Origin: the human T2T-CHM13v2.0 reference genome, Homo sapiens
Direction: 5' to 3' (one strand)
Assembly: GCF_009914755.1 (NCBI RefSeq)
Contig: NC_060925.1
DNA length: 64,000 bases
Below, piece after piece: positions 17,571 to 34,094 of the stretch. The stretch's first letter is position 1; the number at the start of each line of letters is the position of its first letter. The translations under genes were made by a program, and so were the position numbers. Below the pieces are notes generated by a model, which searched no databases, was not told the origin of the DNA, and saw only the letters and a list, made by a program, of their open reading frames with translations.

Positions 17571-19030
17571 TGATTTTGGTTAAAAACATCATTTTAAAAA
17601 AGTAACTCTTTGAATTACTCTGAAATCAAATGCCTCTATTTCTGTTTCTGCTTAACATTTTGGAAAGGAAAAATTGGGAAGAAGATGTAACTAATAGTTA
17701 CAGAATATATCCTAGGTGCCAGACACTGTGGTAAGCATTAAATATGCAATATCTCTGAGTCTTCTACCTACCTTTTGACTCTCATTGAACTGTAGAAAGA
17801 GGACAGGCTTTAGACCTGATGACGGAAGTTTGATGACTGTGGGCAAGTTATTTAACCTGTGTGGACCTTGCTTATGTCCCTTGTCTTTAAAATGAGGATA
17901 AGAATGTGTGGGAGATTTTTGTGAAAATTAAGTGAAACACTGTACGTAAAATACCCAGAACTGTGATTGGCACCTAGTCGGTGCTCAAAAATGGTAGTTT
18001 TTCATTTGTGATGCTGTTGTTAGTATTATTCAAAAACTATCGAGGCAGTTTGCTTAGAGTAATATGAGTGAGTGATTTTCAGATCAGATTAGCTCCATTT
18101 TACATTTCTCTCACTTATGCATAATCACATGATAATTTTATTATATGTGAGTGAGTGTAGTGTGTGGATAGATAGATACATAGGCATACAATTTTTATAC
18201 AGTGACTCAGGAAACCTCTTACATTTTGAAGCTTGTCTTTCTTAGAATTAGTGACAATAGAAATTAGGAGGAAAGCAAAGAAACACAAAGACAGATGTCT
18301 TTAAATCTGTACTTATAATAAATAGGAAAGAAAATTGAAGAGGGAAAAGAGACTTTCAGGGTTTAAGTGTAGATATTGGATTCACCATCAATCCATCTAA
18401 ACTGCTATTCAACTCATAACCCTAGAATCTACAACTTGATATTTTAGAATATTAAAGGTGATCAGGATAATTTGTATTTCCTTCATATTGTCTATGTCTC
18501 TGTGCTTATATACTAAAATTAATATAGTTAAATATATACTCTTCTATATTGTTGAAGAGTTACATCTTCATGATCTTCATAAGATGCTCTTCTGGAAACA
18601 AATGAGTGTGGTTGTAGAAACAATCGTTTTAAGAATCTTTGACAATGGCTGACATTGGACAGTGAGCCAATGGAAGCAGAAGTCAGATAGAAGGAAGTGT
18701 TGTAGATGCTTCCTGGGCATAATGTCATATTCTTAAACAGTGAAGAGGAGATTTGATTTTTCTTCTTTTACTTTTTCAATTTGAATGCCAGGGATTTTGG
18801 TAATAACCTTTTATCTGGTATACATACGAAAAACCCATATTTTCTATTTAAAGACATATAAAACCAAAGAATTCCATTGGCTACAGTATATATTCCATAT
18901 TCTATCCAAACTTAATTTATACCATTTTAATACAGAATTTTTATTTCACATTTGGGTCCATTTGTCTCACAGGTATGGAAAAAATGTAATCAAATATCAG
19001 TGCTTCTTTTGTATGTGAAATTCCTATTGA

Positions 19031-19432
<402 letters not shown>

Positions 19433-19489
19433 TGGCATAAGATTTTTAAAATTTATTGTGCTATCATTTACATTCAGGCCACTTTAAAA

Positions 19490-20820
<1,331 letters not shown>

Positions 20821-20976
20821 TTTTGATAGAATCATATTACTTAACCAGGACGACCAAGAAATTAAGACATTCTGTGGAGTAATGAGCACCTTTAGTCCCA
20901 TTATTTATAAGAATTGAGGTTGTATGTCAATGGTATGGACAAAGACAGTAGAGTATACTTATGCATATAAGACATT

Positions 20977-21192
20977 CCTGGGTTCAAGTGATTCTCCTGC
21001 CTCAGCCTCCCAAGTAGCTGGGATTACAGGTGCCTCCCCCACCCCCCACGCCCAGCTAGTTTTTGTATTTTTAGTAGAGATGGGGTTTCACCATGTTGGC
21101 CAGGCTGGTCTCGAACTCCTGACCTCAGATGATCCACCCGCCTTGGCCTCCAAAAATGCTGGGATTACAGGCATGAGTCACTGCACCAGGCT
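20977..21192 (-). mobile_element. Alu truncated at its 3' end
   Basis: Starts at cctgggttcaagtgattctcc; no tail. Confidence 0.85.
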
Positions 21193-21552
21193 GAGACGTC
21201 TTTTTAATCAAGCATATAGGATTTCATACATTTCAATAACTGTATTCAAAGTAGTCACCTTGGAATGTGTATTTATTTTAATGATGCTGGCGTTGCTGAT
21301 TAAAAAAATACTTTTAAGAGTTCAAATAATAAGCCACCTAAGAATATTTGTTTTGTTACTTTAGCATCTCAACTGGATTTGATCAAAAATGGCATCACCC
21401 AGTATAATCACCAAATGATTCTCCAGATTTGGATCTAATTTTTTTTTGCTTATTTTGAAAACAAAATCAAAATATGAAGCTTTTCCTCGTTTAGATTGGT
21501 TCATGATGGTTTTTAAATCTGGTAAGCTCTAAGCTCCTTGGGAATAGGTCTG

Positions 21553-21556
<4 letters not shown>

Positions 21557-21585
<29 letters not shown>

Positions 21586-21597
21586 TGTATGTATGTA
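21557..21597. repeat. (TATG)n microsatellite
   Basis: About 10 perfect copies. Confidence 0.95.
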
Positions 21598-22808
21598 TTT
21601 ATTTATTTTTGCCATTGTGTACACACTGCCTAACATAAGGCATGAAACAGAATCATAGTGGAATCTTAATAAATAATTATGAAATAAGATTAAAATAGCT
21701 CCCATTTCTTGATTGCCTAGTGAAAGTGGAACATTGCATTAAGCATTTTACATTCTTCATGTGTGCACCAACTATGGAAAGTATTACACCAACCCTATGA
21801 ATATTATCACTATTTTATAGATGAAGAATCTGATGCTTAGCTTACTTCCTCAGGGACACACTGTTATTGCTGTTATTACTATTACTGTTATGTGGAGAAG
21901 AGTTCAAACTCAGTTTGACCTGATTTCAAAATCCTTATATATTGAGCTGGTAGGCAATTCAATCTCAGCCCTTATTGGGGATTTTTCTCCTTTACACGGA
22001 GTTCCTGTGGGACTTAACTAGTGCCAGTGTATCAGAGATTCCTGCCTTCATGGAGCCTTCATTCAAAAGATGTCCATTGTCTAAGATGATGTGTTTGAAC
22101 CTTCCAAATTAATCCTTAGAGGACTCTATGGCTGCTGAGCCACATTAAGGGAATGGGAATTTTTACCAGAGCTGATATCCTTAGCACTTAGAGGCCCATC
22201 TTCTCCACAGCTGTCATGAAGCTTACCCCTAGAGTTTTAGCCACCTCCCAGAAGCCATAGGAATGCCAAATGCTGCATTGCTTCCTTTCAGAAGGCTAAT
22301 GTTCAGTTCTTTCTTAGGCATGTGGAATCTTTGCTCCTCTCTTTTCATCCTATGCCCACACCACTTCTTTTACACCTCACACTGCTCTGCCCACCTTCCA
22401 CCAACATATTGCCTCGGAGCTTAGGTTTTAGAAAAACAAAGCCAGGAATGGACAATCACATGTAAATCTTCTGAAGCAAGAGTGCATGAAATGATCTGCT
22501 GTTTTCCTGGGTTGGGCAGTGGGACATGAGTTGAGGATACTGTTTGAACCTCTGCACTGTCACACACTTAGTCCTAAATTAAGTTTGCTTAAATCATCAT
22601 TTTCTTAATTTCTGCTGCATAATTTTTTTGATCTTACAGTTATATACAATAATAACAATGTCATACAGTATATGATTAAGTTATAAAATGAATGGTGTAG
22701 AACAGTCATTTTAAAACTTTAGTAATAGAACCTCCTCTAACTAAAATTTTAGCAAAATTCTTAGTCCTGTATGTAAAAGAGATATGATATAGTTTGAATG
22801 TTTGTCCC

Positions 22809-23157
22809 TGTATTAGTCTGTTTTCATGCTGCTGATAAAAACATACCTGAGACTGGGTCATTTATAAAGAAAAAGTTTAATGGACTCACAGTTCCACATG
22901 GTTGGAGAGACCTCACAATCATGGCGGAAGGTGAAAGGTATGTCTTACATGGTGGCAAGCAAGAGAGAATGAGCAAAAGGAGGAAAAGCCCCCTATAAAA
23001 CCATCAGATCTTGTGAGACTTGTTCCCTATCTATGAGGACAGTATGAGGAAAACTGCCCCCATGATTCAATTATCTCTGTCTGGCCCCACCCTTGACACA
23101 TGGGGATTATTACAATTCAACATGAGATTTGGGTGGGGACACAGCCAAACCATATCA
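22809..23157 (-). mobile_element. THE1B/C-like solo LTR
   Basis: tgtattagtc...acagccaaaccatatca; perfect 5-bp TSD GTCCC at 22804-22808 and 23158-23162. Confidence 0.9.
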
Positions 23158-23493
23158 GTCCCCTCTAAATCTCATGTTGAAATATAACCCAGTGTTGGAG
23201 GTGGGGCCTGGTTGGAGGTGTTTGGGTCATGGGGGAGTATCCCTCATGAAAGACTTGGTCCCCTCCCCACAGTAATGAGTGAGTTCTCGTGTTAATTCAT
23301 ATGAGAGCTGATTGTTTAAAGGAGTCTGGCAGCTTGAACGGCTCCCTCTCTTGCCATGTGACATGCCTGCTCTCCCTTTACCTTCCACCATGAGTAAAAG
23401 CTTCCTGAGGCCTCACTAGAAGCGGAGCAGATGCTGATACCACATACAGATGAGCCAAATTGACCTCTTTTCTTTATAAATTAGTCAGTCTGG

Positions 23494-23810
<317 letters not shown>

Positions 23811-24201
23811 TGAATTAGTCTGTCTCAGTATTCCCTTATAGTATGCAAAATAGACCCACATAAAATATAGGCAGTGCAACTATTTTGGAAGCTAGACAAA
23901 TGCAACTGCTTCATTTCTTTCCCTGTGTTTTCTATTGTCGCCTGAGCCACGAGGGCATGATTTGAAAACCACTGATTTAATTTTCTTGACTCTGGAAGGA
24001 TCTCTGGAAAGATCACACATGAAAAACCTGATGATATTACTGCCTGGGGGGAAGAGAACTGAGTAGTTGAGGGACAGGCATGGGAGAGAGACTTCAATGT
24101 CAACTCATTTGTAGTGTTTGAATTTTAAACAATGTGCATGTATTATCTATTAAATAAATTAATTTAAAAAGAAATTCAATTTAAAGGAGACTTTGCCCAT
24201 C

Positions 24202-24204
<3 letters not shown>

Positions 24205-24235
<31 letters not shown>
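24205..24235. repeat. (CA)n microsatellite
   Basis: About 15 CA units. Confidence 0.95.
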
Positions 24236-24237
<2 letters not shown>

Positions 24238-25501
24238 TAGAAGTAATAAGTATTCAGGTGAGAAGTTAACATAGGCTCTGAAGGTCAAGGAAATGACACT
24301 TCAGCTAACCCTTGGGAAGAAAACATGAATGAAATTTTGAAATTAGGAATGAGCATAACATATACAGAAAAAATTAGATAGTTGCTCTAGATTATGCAGA
24401 CAGTGGGGAATAACAGAAGGTTGGTAAGGAGTTCAGTGTGACTTTTATAAAATAATTTTATATTAATATATTTTTAAAGGAATTTTTTACTTAAAAATAG
24501 TTTTTACAATCATTGTCTCATTATGTCATGAGCAATGGTTCTGTTAAGAAGAATGTGCAGGTGGTATCTGTTTTATAGATGAAGAAATTGGTACTCAGGG
24601 AGACTAAATGATGTGCCTAGGGTTCTCAGCTCCTGATCCATATATATCTATATAGATCCACATACTAAATACTAAACATCTTCTCTGGATGTCCCTCGGG
24701 TGGCCCAAATTGGCTCGTCCTATATTTCTTTTTTTCAGGTAAATAGTACTGCAATTCAACCAGAAATCGAACCCTGAGAAACAGTCATCCTAGACTCTCT
24801 ACCACCTCTTGTTCCCTATCTCACCTTCTATTGGTCATCAAATCATTTTTACTTTCCCTCTTAAAAGCGTCTTGATTCCAAACTAAACTGCATCATTTTA
24901 CTGCCATGCCTGTAGTCCTCCTTCCCATAGCATACAATGTAAAGTCCTTGCTTTTTAACATGACATGTGAGGTCTTCCATGGTCTTACCATTGCTTCTTA
25001 TCTAATGTCACTTCTTGCTATACCTATGTAAATATGCTTTAGTCGTATTCAACCACTTGCCATTGCCCAAATATGCAGTGTCCTTATCACCCAAAGATTT
25101 TTGGCAAATGCTGTTCCCTCTGCCTGGAATGCTTTTCTTCACTCTAACATGCCTCTCATTGGTCTTATTTCCTACGTATCCCTCAAGACTTTACTTGAAG
25201 ATCAACTTTTCCTAATCTTAGTAGAAAGTAAAATTTGGGAATACTGAAAACATTAATTTTGTCTTCTTAAATGCTTGTCATGTAGGCATTTCTCTCACTG
25301 ATACATTTGTTTATTTACATCTCTCTCATTTGATTGGAAGCTCCTGAGTAGCAGTGATGAGTCTAATTATATCTCAAAAATATCCCTGTGACTGACACAT
25401 AAAAGGCCTACTGAAATTTTTACCAACTGGATAAATGATTCACAGGGATACAAGTTGGAAGATGTTTGCTATGACCAATGTAGATGATGATTAACATCAG
25501 T

Positions 25502-25865
25502 ATGTGCCAGGGTGGATTGTATTCTTGTTCAAAATTAGTCATCCCATCTCCCCTTCTTCATAAAAAGGATGATTCATACTCATCCCACCGATGTGGGGCT
25601 TGTCTATGTGTTGTGAGCAGATGGGATATATGCCACACCCAAACTGAAGCTTTAAAGAGGTGTTCTCGGTCTTTTCCTCTGGCAAAAGAATGGCATACCT
25701 TAGATCCAGCTTGCTCCTTCAACCTTAGGGCTGAGACGAAGAGATATGTGGGACATAGCTACAGGGAACCTTAGCTCACATGTAGTGTGAGTAAGAAATA
25801 AACTTTTGTTGTTTTGCAACCTACTGCAATGGTTGTATTTTTATCTCAGCAAAGCTGATTGATAG
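25502..25865 (+). mobile_element. MLT1-type MaLR LTR (old)
   Basis: 3' signature gtgagtaagaaataaacttttgttgttt...cagcaaagctga. Confidence 0.55.
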
Positions 25866-28175
25866 TTATAATGATAACAAAAGCAAGGATGTTTATAAGA
25901 AACATTCTGAATGGGTTACTCGGTTATGCTTACAAAAAGATGTTTGGAGCTTTTGGAGTTTGTGATGATGTTAGGACACCTCCATGTGGTGGTATCTTGT
26001 AAGGCGATGGTGCAAACTCAGCAAAATCTCTGGCACATCAAAATTAGAACTCAACAAATATTTGTTAAACCAAGCTATTGAATGGGAGCTTAGATTAAAG
26101 ATCAGCACTGGAGATAAAAGTTCTAGATCCATAGTTATAAGATGACAGGATTTTCTACCTAATGAAAAAAGTATGTGAACAGTACAGAATGGTGTCTAAG
26201 AATTGAGGCTTGTGGAATGCATTAGGTAGAATTTAGGAAGAGGAAAGGGAATTAAAAATAAGAATAAACAGGAAAACAGAGTGATGTTATATCACAGGAA
26301 TTAGAGGAGAAAACTTATAGGAAACTTGGAGTTGTCAAATGTGAAGTTCAAGCAGAAAGAGGACTGTGAAAAGATAGAAGTTCTGGGATCTCTTTAGTGA
26401 GGAAAGTCAACTTTCCTCAAAATTCTCCTATACCCAAATATTTATATCCAGCTTTTAAATAATTCTCATGGTGACATCAAATAGCTTATCAAGTCCTAAA
26501 GAGTCATGTGCTCTGCATTGCAGTGACTTCATTAACCCACAATAATAGAGCTATTCCAGTCTTGTTTTGTGATTTGTTTGCCTCTTTTTTGCTTCCTGTA
26601 TGACTGTTGTTTTTGTTTTTCTTTTCAACTTCCATTTTAGGCCTTTCTGCTGACTTTCATGCTGCTATATCTAGCAACATAACCCAAATTTGCCTATCTT
26701 AGGGGTACAGAACTGTTGGGTCACAACTGTGAAAATTCTTTCCTATTATTGAGGATGTGCTCTGATTCTCCTTTTTATTGGTAACAAACTTATTGTCACC
26801 TGGTGCATGTGCTCAGTGCACATGCATTTTATGCATGCTGAACTCTTGGTTTAATTTTACTGTGGCCTGTTCATTTCATTGTACAATCAAATAGTCCTAC
26901 TATTTGGGGACCCATCTTGTTTTAGCTGTGTAGTGTTCTAGTTAGCTTTTCCTTACCCCTTCCTTACTCCATTCGTTTCATAAATGGGGAAATAAAAATA
27001 AGTCATTCTTTTAAGCAATAGTACCACAAAAATGTAGAAATATCCTTTCATTTGCTTCTTTTAAGAGCACTAACAATTTGAGAGTTCCCTGACTGCATTT
27101 ATCTGTAAAAACTAAATTGGATGGCTTGTATACATTTTGTTATATTTTTAAATTTGCCTTCCTTTTTTATATTTTGTCATTACCCAATTTACATTATGTT
27201 TAATATCAGATGTGCTACTTTTGAATCACCATAGTCTGAGAGCAGAGAAGTATAAAGGCTATTGTAGTATATAATTAGTTTGATATGAGGTGTTATAAAA
27301 TAATTATATATAACTGTAGTCCTAGACAGGTCAATGTTACGTTTTTAAATTGAGATCATCTAGTGAATAACATATGTATGGCAACCACATTAAAACTCAA
27401 TTTAATTAAATTTTTTGTTGAAATGTATTAATAGCCTATGGTAGAACTATTTAATTTACAAAGATTGATTATGATTAAAAAGAGAAATTATTCAAATTAT
27501 AAAAATAACATTATATACTGATGAAATCAAGGTTCCCAGTATTCATACATGGCTTACCATTATAACACTTCTTTCAATGTTTTCATATATGATTATTTAA
27601 AAGAGGAACAATGAAAGTTTTATTAACTTTAAATGGGAAAAATGATGACATGTACCATCAAATTCCATTGTATGTTGTTACGATAAAAGCCAACAATTTG
27701 ATCTTTTCATGGTTGGCAAAAATGTATAAAATACCAGTCACTAGTTTTAAAAGTGATAAGAGATTGACATTGTTGCTTTCACAGATGTTTTTATTTCTCT
27801 TCATTAGATGAACACATGTTTATTTTTAGATGAGAAAATGCCCAATATTTTTGATATTTTTCTTTATAGGACTTCCAAATCAGTTATAAGATAATAAGGC
27901 AGCATTCTTCACCTTTTAGTGTAATACCAGAAAACTGAAACATATATATATTTTTTCCTTAGGGTCTAAACTTCAAAGACAGGACAGCTTAAGACTCTGA
28001 GTTACTAATATTAATTTAAAACTTTAACAACACATTTTTATCATAATTATAATATAAGTTTAGATTTGGTTCACCTAATCTTAAAGATAATATTACTGGT
28101 AACTGGGAGAAAGAATATAATTGGCTTTTAATTCTTTTTTATGGAAAAAATGATATTTTAAAAATGAACTGTTCA

Positions 28176-28472
<297 letters not shown>

Positions 28473-29302
28473 GAACAGTTGATAATGACCAAATTGTTAT
28501 CAATTGCCAGCAAACAAGGCAAAGCATATGCACAAAATACTCATAATTACTTGATTAGAAATTAATTTAATGATTATACTCAAAATTATGAAATGTCGAT
28601 GGCCCTAATATGGAAAATAACAAAAACTCAGGCTCATCAGATCTGTTATCCATTGTGCATGGCTTCTAAAGGTTTCATTCTCATCACTTTAATGCATATA
28701 TTTCTTTTGTATTTTTCAATCTAGCAAATGATGCCAGTTGATCTCATCGTGTCATCTAGATAAATTACTCAAAATTATTATAAATACATATTACTTTAAA
28801 TGTTTTGCACTTGAAATGGTTGATTATTTCATCCTTGAAGCTCATATTTTCTTGGTTTTCAACCAAAATGCTCAACAATAAAGGAAAGATTAAATAACTT
28901 ATGGTATGTTCGTATAACAAAAAACACCATGCAGTTATTGTATATTGTATGTGAAAATATGCGAAGAAGGATTTTAAAACTGAGGAAAAGAAGAGATCCA
29001 TACTAGATTTGTTTAGAGTGGGTGAAACAGTCTTTTAATATAAATTAAGCCTCCAGGGCTTTACGGAGAAGAATTTGCAGTCTGGGCTTAAAACAATAGG
29101 TGGAACAGTCAAAGTTGACAACGTCTGGAGCATGTTTTGAGAATATAAGGCTAAACTGAAGTGTGGGGTCATTGGGACTGGAAAAGGTGGGTAATTGTGA
29201 GATTAGGGAATTGAATGTGCTGTTGACATGAATATGAAAAGTCTTGGGATGGTGGCAGAAGTTCCAATGAAGTGTAAGACTTTAACCTAGGTGTTAAAAA
29301 TC

Positions 29303-29606
29303 TTTTTTTTTTTTTTTTTTTTGAGATGGAGTCTCACTCTGTTGCCCAGACTGGAGTGCAGTGGTGCAATTGCTCCCTACAACCTCTGCCTCCCAGGTTC
29401 AAGCAATTCTCCTGTCTCAGCCTCCTGAGTAGCTGGGATTACAGGTGCTCACCACCACACCTGGCTAATTTGTTTTTTGTATTTTTAGTAGAGACGGGGT
29501 TTCACCGTGTTGGCCAGGCTGGTCTCGAACTCCTGACCTCCAGTGATCTGCCCACCTCAGCCTCCCAAAATGCTGGGAATACAGGCGTAAACCACCACAC
29601 CCGGCC
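29303..29606 (-). mobile_element. AluSx-like
   Basis: TSD aaaatcttt. Confidence 0.9.
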
Positions 29607-31544
29607 CAAAATCTTTATACCCTATAGCGGGAGCAGGTTGGGAGGGCAACAAGGAGAGATAGAGGATAGTGTGATTCAGAAGCCTAAGGAAGGATAAGAA
29701 CACCTAAAAGGAATAGACAGTAATAAAGTTGAATAACCTCAGATTAGAAATGGGTTCTTTTATTTATTTATTTAAAGAAGTTCATCCTACTGGTTTGAAA
29801 TGGTTTGAAAGTACCCTTTGGAGTTAGGAGAATGCTAGCTTCTTATTCCAGTTGGTAGCACTCGTAGTAGGGAAGAAAAGGTAGTTTCTCCTATAAATAA
29901 ATGCTTATAAGGAAAACAGGGGAGATAGGATTTGGACAGCTAAAAAGGAATGGTAAGACATTTCAGACAAGCAAAGTCATATGAATATGAAAGGGAGAAG
30001 AAAAAAACGTGCAGTAATTTGATCAGATTGAGGTTTAAGGGAAAGGAATAGGGAGGGATAATTGGAAAAAAAACAACTGGCACTTGATTGTGGTGAATTT
30101 TGCTTATCACTTTGACCTGTAAGAGAGTAGTTCTCATTTGTCCCCCACCCACGTTGTAATTCACTTGATAGAGAAAAAATAAACCTAAATATGGGATATA
30201 CTCTCATCAGTAATCATTATCGTACTAGAGAAATAAAAAGTTAAGTGGCATGTGCCTTAGCTTGTGACTATACATCTCTCTCTCTCCTAGTGATCTGAAA
30301 TACTCAAGTGTGTTAGTTACATCAATCAGCCCAATTAGGATGCCTTGCTTTAAGCAATTGGAAACTATTGAAAGTCTATGATCTTAAAAATTCAAAAAAG
30401 GAGTTGATAAAAGCAATACTTTACAAAATTAATCTAGAAGAACTGTTCCAAATGGATTAAACAGAAGATTAAGCAGGTATGAAGACTGTAGGTTGTTCAG
30501 TCATAGGAAAAGAAGACTTGACAAAGCCCAGGGATTAGTTGGAAATGATAGGTAAAAATGAAAGAATCAAGTCCTCAATATAAAATAGAAAACCAACATG
30601 GCCAGTGGTGGGACTGGGTTCTCAGAAGTTTGTCTTACAGGCAGGATAACATTCAAAATACTCAGCCATGTATACAGTTGGGTCAGTCATCACAGTTCAT
30701 GGACAACAAATCAGAAAGGACGTCAGTTATAAATAATAAGTATAACCTCTGTGGTCTAATTCCATTGAATAAGAGCCCTGTCTAAAAGATCCATATGGAT
30801 ATCAACCAGTCAGAAAATTAATTATGTTTTCAAAAGGAATATATTCCTTCTAAAAAATTTCAGAAGCTTTATAAAAATTGAGCTAGGTAATATGACAAAG
30901 GCCACATAGAGCTAACAAATGGCTGATAATGTTCAAATGCTATTTTTTAATCCCAGGAATTCTTCCTATCCTATCTGATGTAAATGCAAGACATCAATTC
31001 TCCCTATCTTTTCTGTTCTTTTCCCCTCCCTCTTTTTCTTCATTTATTCAACAAATATTTGGTGAACATCTAAAATTGAGCACCATGTTTCCACTACAAT
31101 AAAACCATCTACTTCTTTTATACTTAATTTTCGCCCGAGATCTTTCATCTTCCCCTTTAAAGTAGACTTGATATCTTGATGATAAAGGAATAGGTAATTA
31201 ATAAATAAGAATTTTGTCTGCTGAGACATTAAAATGGCTTGTCATTCTTGGATATGTTATTAACATTCCGTAGGTACAATATGCTTTCCTCACCCAATTT
31301 CATGGAATGAAAAAAACAAAACTTTTAAGTCAGAATTCTAGAAAATAATTTTTTAAGAACTAGAGCCTTTCTATGAGTTATATTTTAAGTGTTCAAGTAA
31401 CCCAAAGGGTTAGTGTTAATATAACAAATAATCATCATTTTCAGAATGGAAAAACAAAGATAAAATTTTACAAAAGTTTGAAGTGTTTATATGTATCTCT
31501 TAGAAAGCTTATGGAAATGCGGTTCACATTTACATGTGTTTTTT

Positions 31545-31830
31545 TTTTTAGTTTTTAAAAAAATTATGGTAAAATATGTGTAGCATAAAATTTACCACTT
31601 CAATCATTTTTAACTGTATTATTCAGTAGCATTAAGTATATTCACATTGTTACATAACCATCACCACTGTTCATCTCCAGAACTTTTTCATCTTCCCAAA
31701 TTGAAACTCTGTACATGTTAAATAATAACTCTCCCTTCCCTCCAGTCACTAGTAACCACTTTCTACTTTCTGTCTGTATGAATTAGACTATTCTAGTACC
31801 TCATGTAAGTGGAATAATAAAATATTTTGT
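31545..31830 (-). mobile_element. L1MB-like 3' end fragment
   Basis: cataaaatttacc..gcattaagtatattcacattgtt..catctccagaactttttcatcttccc. Confidence 0.7.
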
Positions 31831-32048
31831 TGCATATGCTTCTTTCAGTACTTTCTAAAGCATCTGGGCTAGACAATTGAGAATAAATGTGGTATCAATT
31901 AGTGGTTCACTTAAGAATGATATGTGAGAATCAAAGTGCTTTCTCACCTCTTAACTACAGGATTCAGAATTCTTTATTTCAAAATCTGAATCTTTTTTTC
32001 CTGTTAGTTCATAATAAAATTGAGCCTTTTATACTTTTTGGAATTTTA

Positions 32049-32357
<309 letters not shown>

Positions 32358-34043
32358 TAGAATTTTACTTATAGTTAAATTACATACTTTTAACTACAAA
32401 ATGTGTAATGTGAGCACTACTGATAATCCCTTTCATAATGACTATTAGCTATGTCCTGAGCACCTTAGATACTTGATCTCATTTTAGTCTTCACGACAAC
32501 TCAATGAAGCATATAATGACCAGTTTTCTAAGAATGGAAATCAAGACTGAGAGACTTTCAGTAAGTTGTTCACGGCCACACAGCTGTTAAAAGCAAAGCC
32601 AGGAATTGAACACAGGTCTGTGACTCAAAAGCTCACACATTCACTCTACTGTTAACTAAACAATGATATGATAAAGACAAGAAACATCTTTTTCTGAACC
32701 CAAACTCTTGGAAATATATAATATCCAACGTATTTCTTCTTTATAGAAATGTTTAATAGCAATGTCTGCTTCAATATGATGTCAAGAAGTACACTATTAA
32801 AGTAAATATTTTAAATCACCTCAAACACCAATTACGCCTTGCTTACAATCACGAAGAAAGAGAATTTAAAATGAAGAAATGTTGTTGTGTTCATTTGTAA
32901 ATAACATATTGCAGCCAACTGTTTCTTAATTGCTCAGACTGTTGATAAATAATCCAGCCCTGCTGCTCTCCACAGACAATTTGCTTTGGATCAGACCAGG
33001 CAATTCAAACAACACTAATTACAGTGAAACCCTTTTATATGAATTTCTGTTTGTCATGGGGCAGAAAGCCCCTTTATAAAGAGTTAAGGCACTTTTTTCT
33101 GATTTTTGCTTGAAACATAACAATTATTACCTGGGCTCAAGTTATAGTGAATAAATTTTGGTTGAATAAAAATGGATAAAGTTGTATACCATGTTAAAAA
33201 TATGTATCTCATTGCTTTTATTGTTTATTGTACTGTCATGAATTATATTAATTTTATATTTTTAATTAAAAGAGCAGATGGGGAAGCTTAATTTAAAGAA
33301 TATTTTCATTGAAATAAGCTACATTGTTGAATGACTTACTGTAACAGAAATTTGTATATTAATATGTAGATGTGTCTTTACTAGAGAGAAACCAACACTT
33401 CAGGAAGTCTTCACTATATCAAGGGATTTGCTGTAACATGATATCATTGTATTTATGATTTTATGGTGTTAAAATGAATATTAAATGAAACAAAATTCCC
33501 AAGGATTACTCAGGAGGCAGCTAAGTACATAACATTTTGCATAGATGGTTGGAAGGCACAATTTTGCTCCATCACTGCATCCATATCCTTGAACGATTTC
33601 AACTGAAGACAGCATTTCTTTGAATTTTTCATTAAACCAGACGTCTTGAAATATGAATTCCTTTTATGTTTCTGTGAGGTTTGGCTAAAAGAACCCCAGT
33701 GAATAAATCATACAATACTACATGTCACCAGCACTTGTGAATATTTCTGCTTTGTTATTCTATTCTCAGTAGAGCACCATTGATTATCAAACTCAGCGGA
33801 GAGCATTTTATGATCATATATCTCCATTAGCTCCTAGTTTGACTACCATAGATTTTTACTGGTTAAGCTTGCATTATGTATTAGGAAGCCTATCTCTTCA
33901 ATACAACATTTGATTTCATTTTTCTAAGGCTAGAACTCTTATTATGTATTATGTATAAAGATTCTTATCTTTTATATGTAAAAATAGGCTGCACTGTCTT
34001 TGTGTAACTGAAATGCATGCCATCTTTTTTTCTTGATTCACAG

Positions 34044-34094
34044 GTAGCATATTATACTATGATGATGAATCTCTACAATGCAATGGCTGTCAGG
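34044..34094 (+). CDS. SPATA17: SPATA17 exon 4 (51 nt, phase 0-0)
   Basis: tttttttcttgattcacag|GTAGCATAT...GCTGTCAGG|gtaaat; VAYYTMMMNLYNAMAVR, linking IQ2 to IQ3 in frame. Confidence 0.93.
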
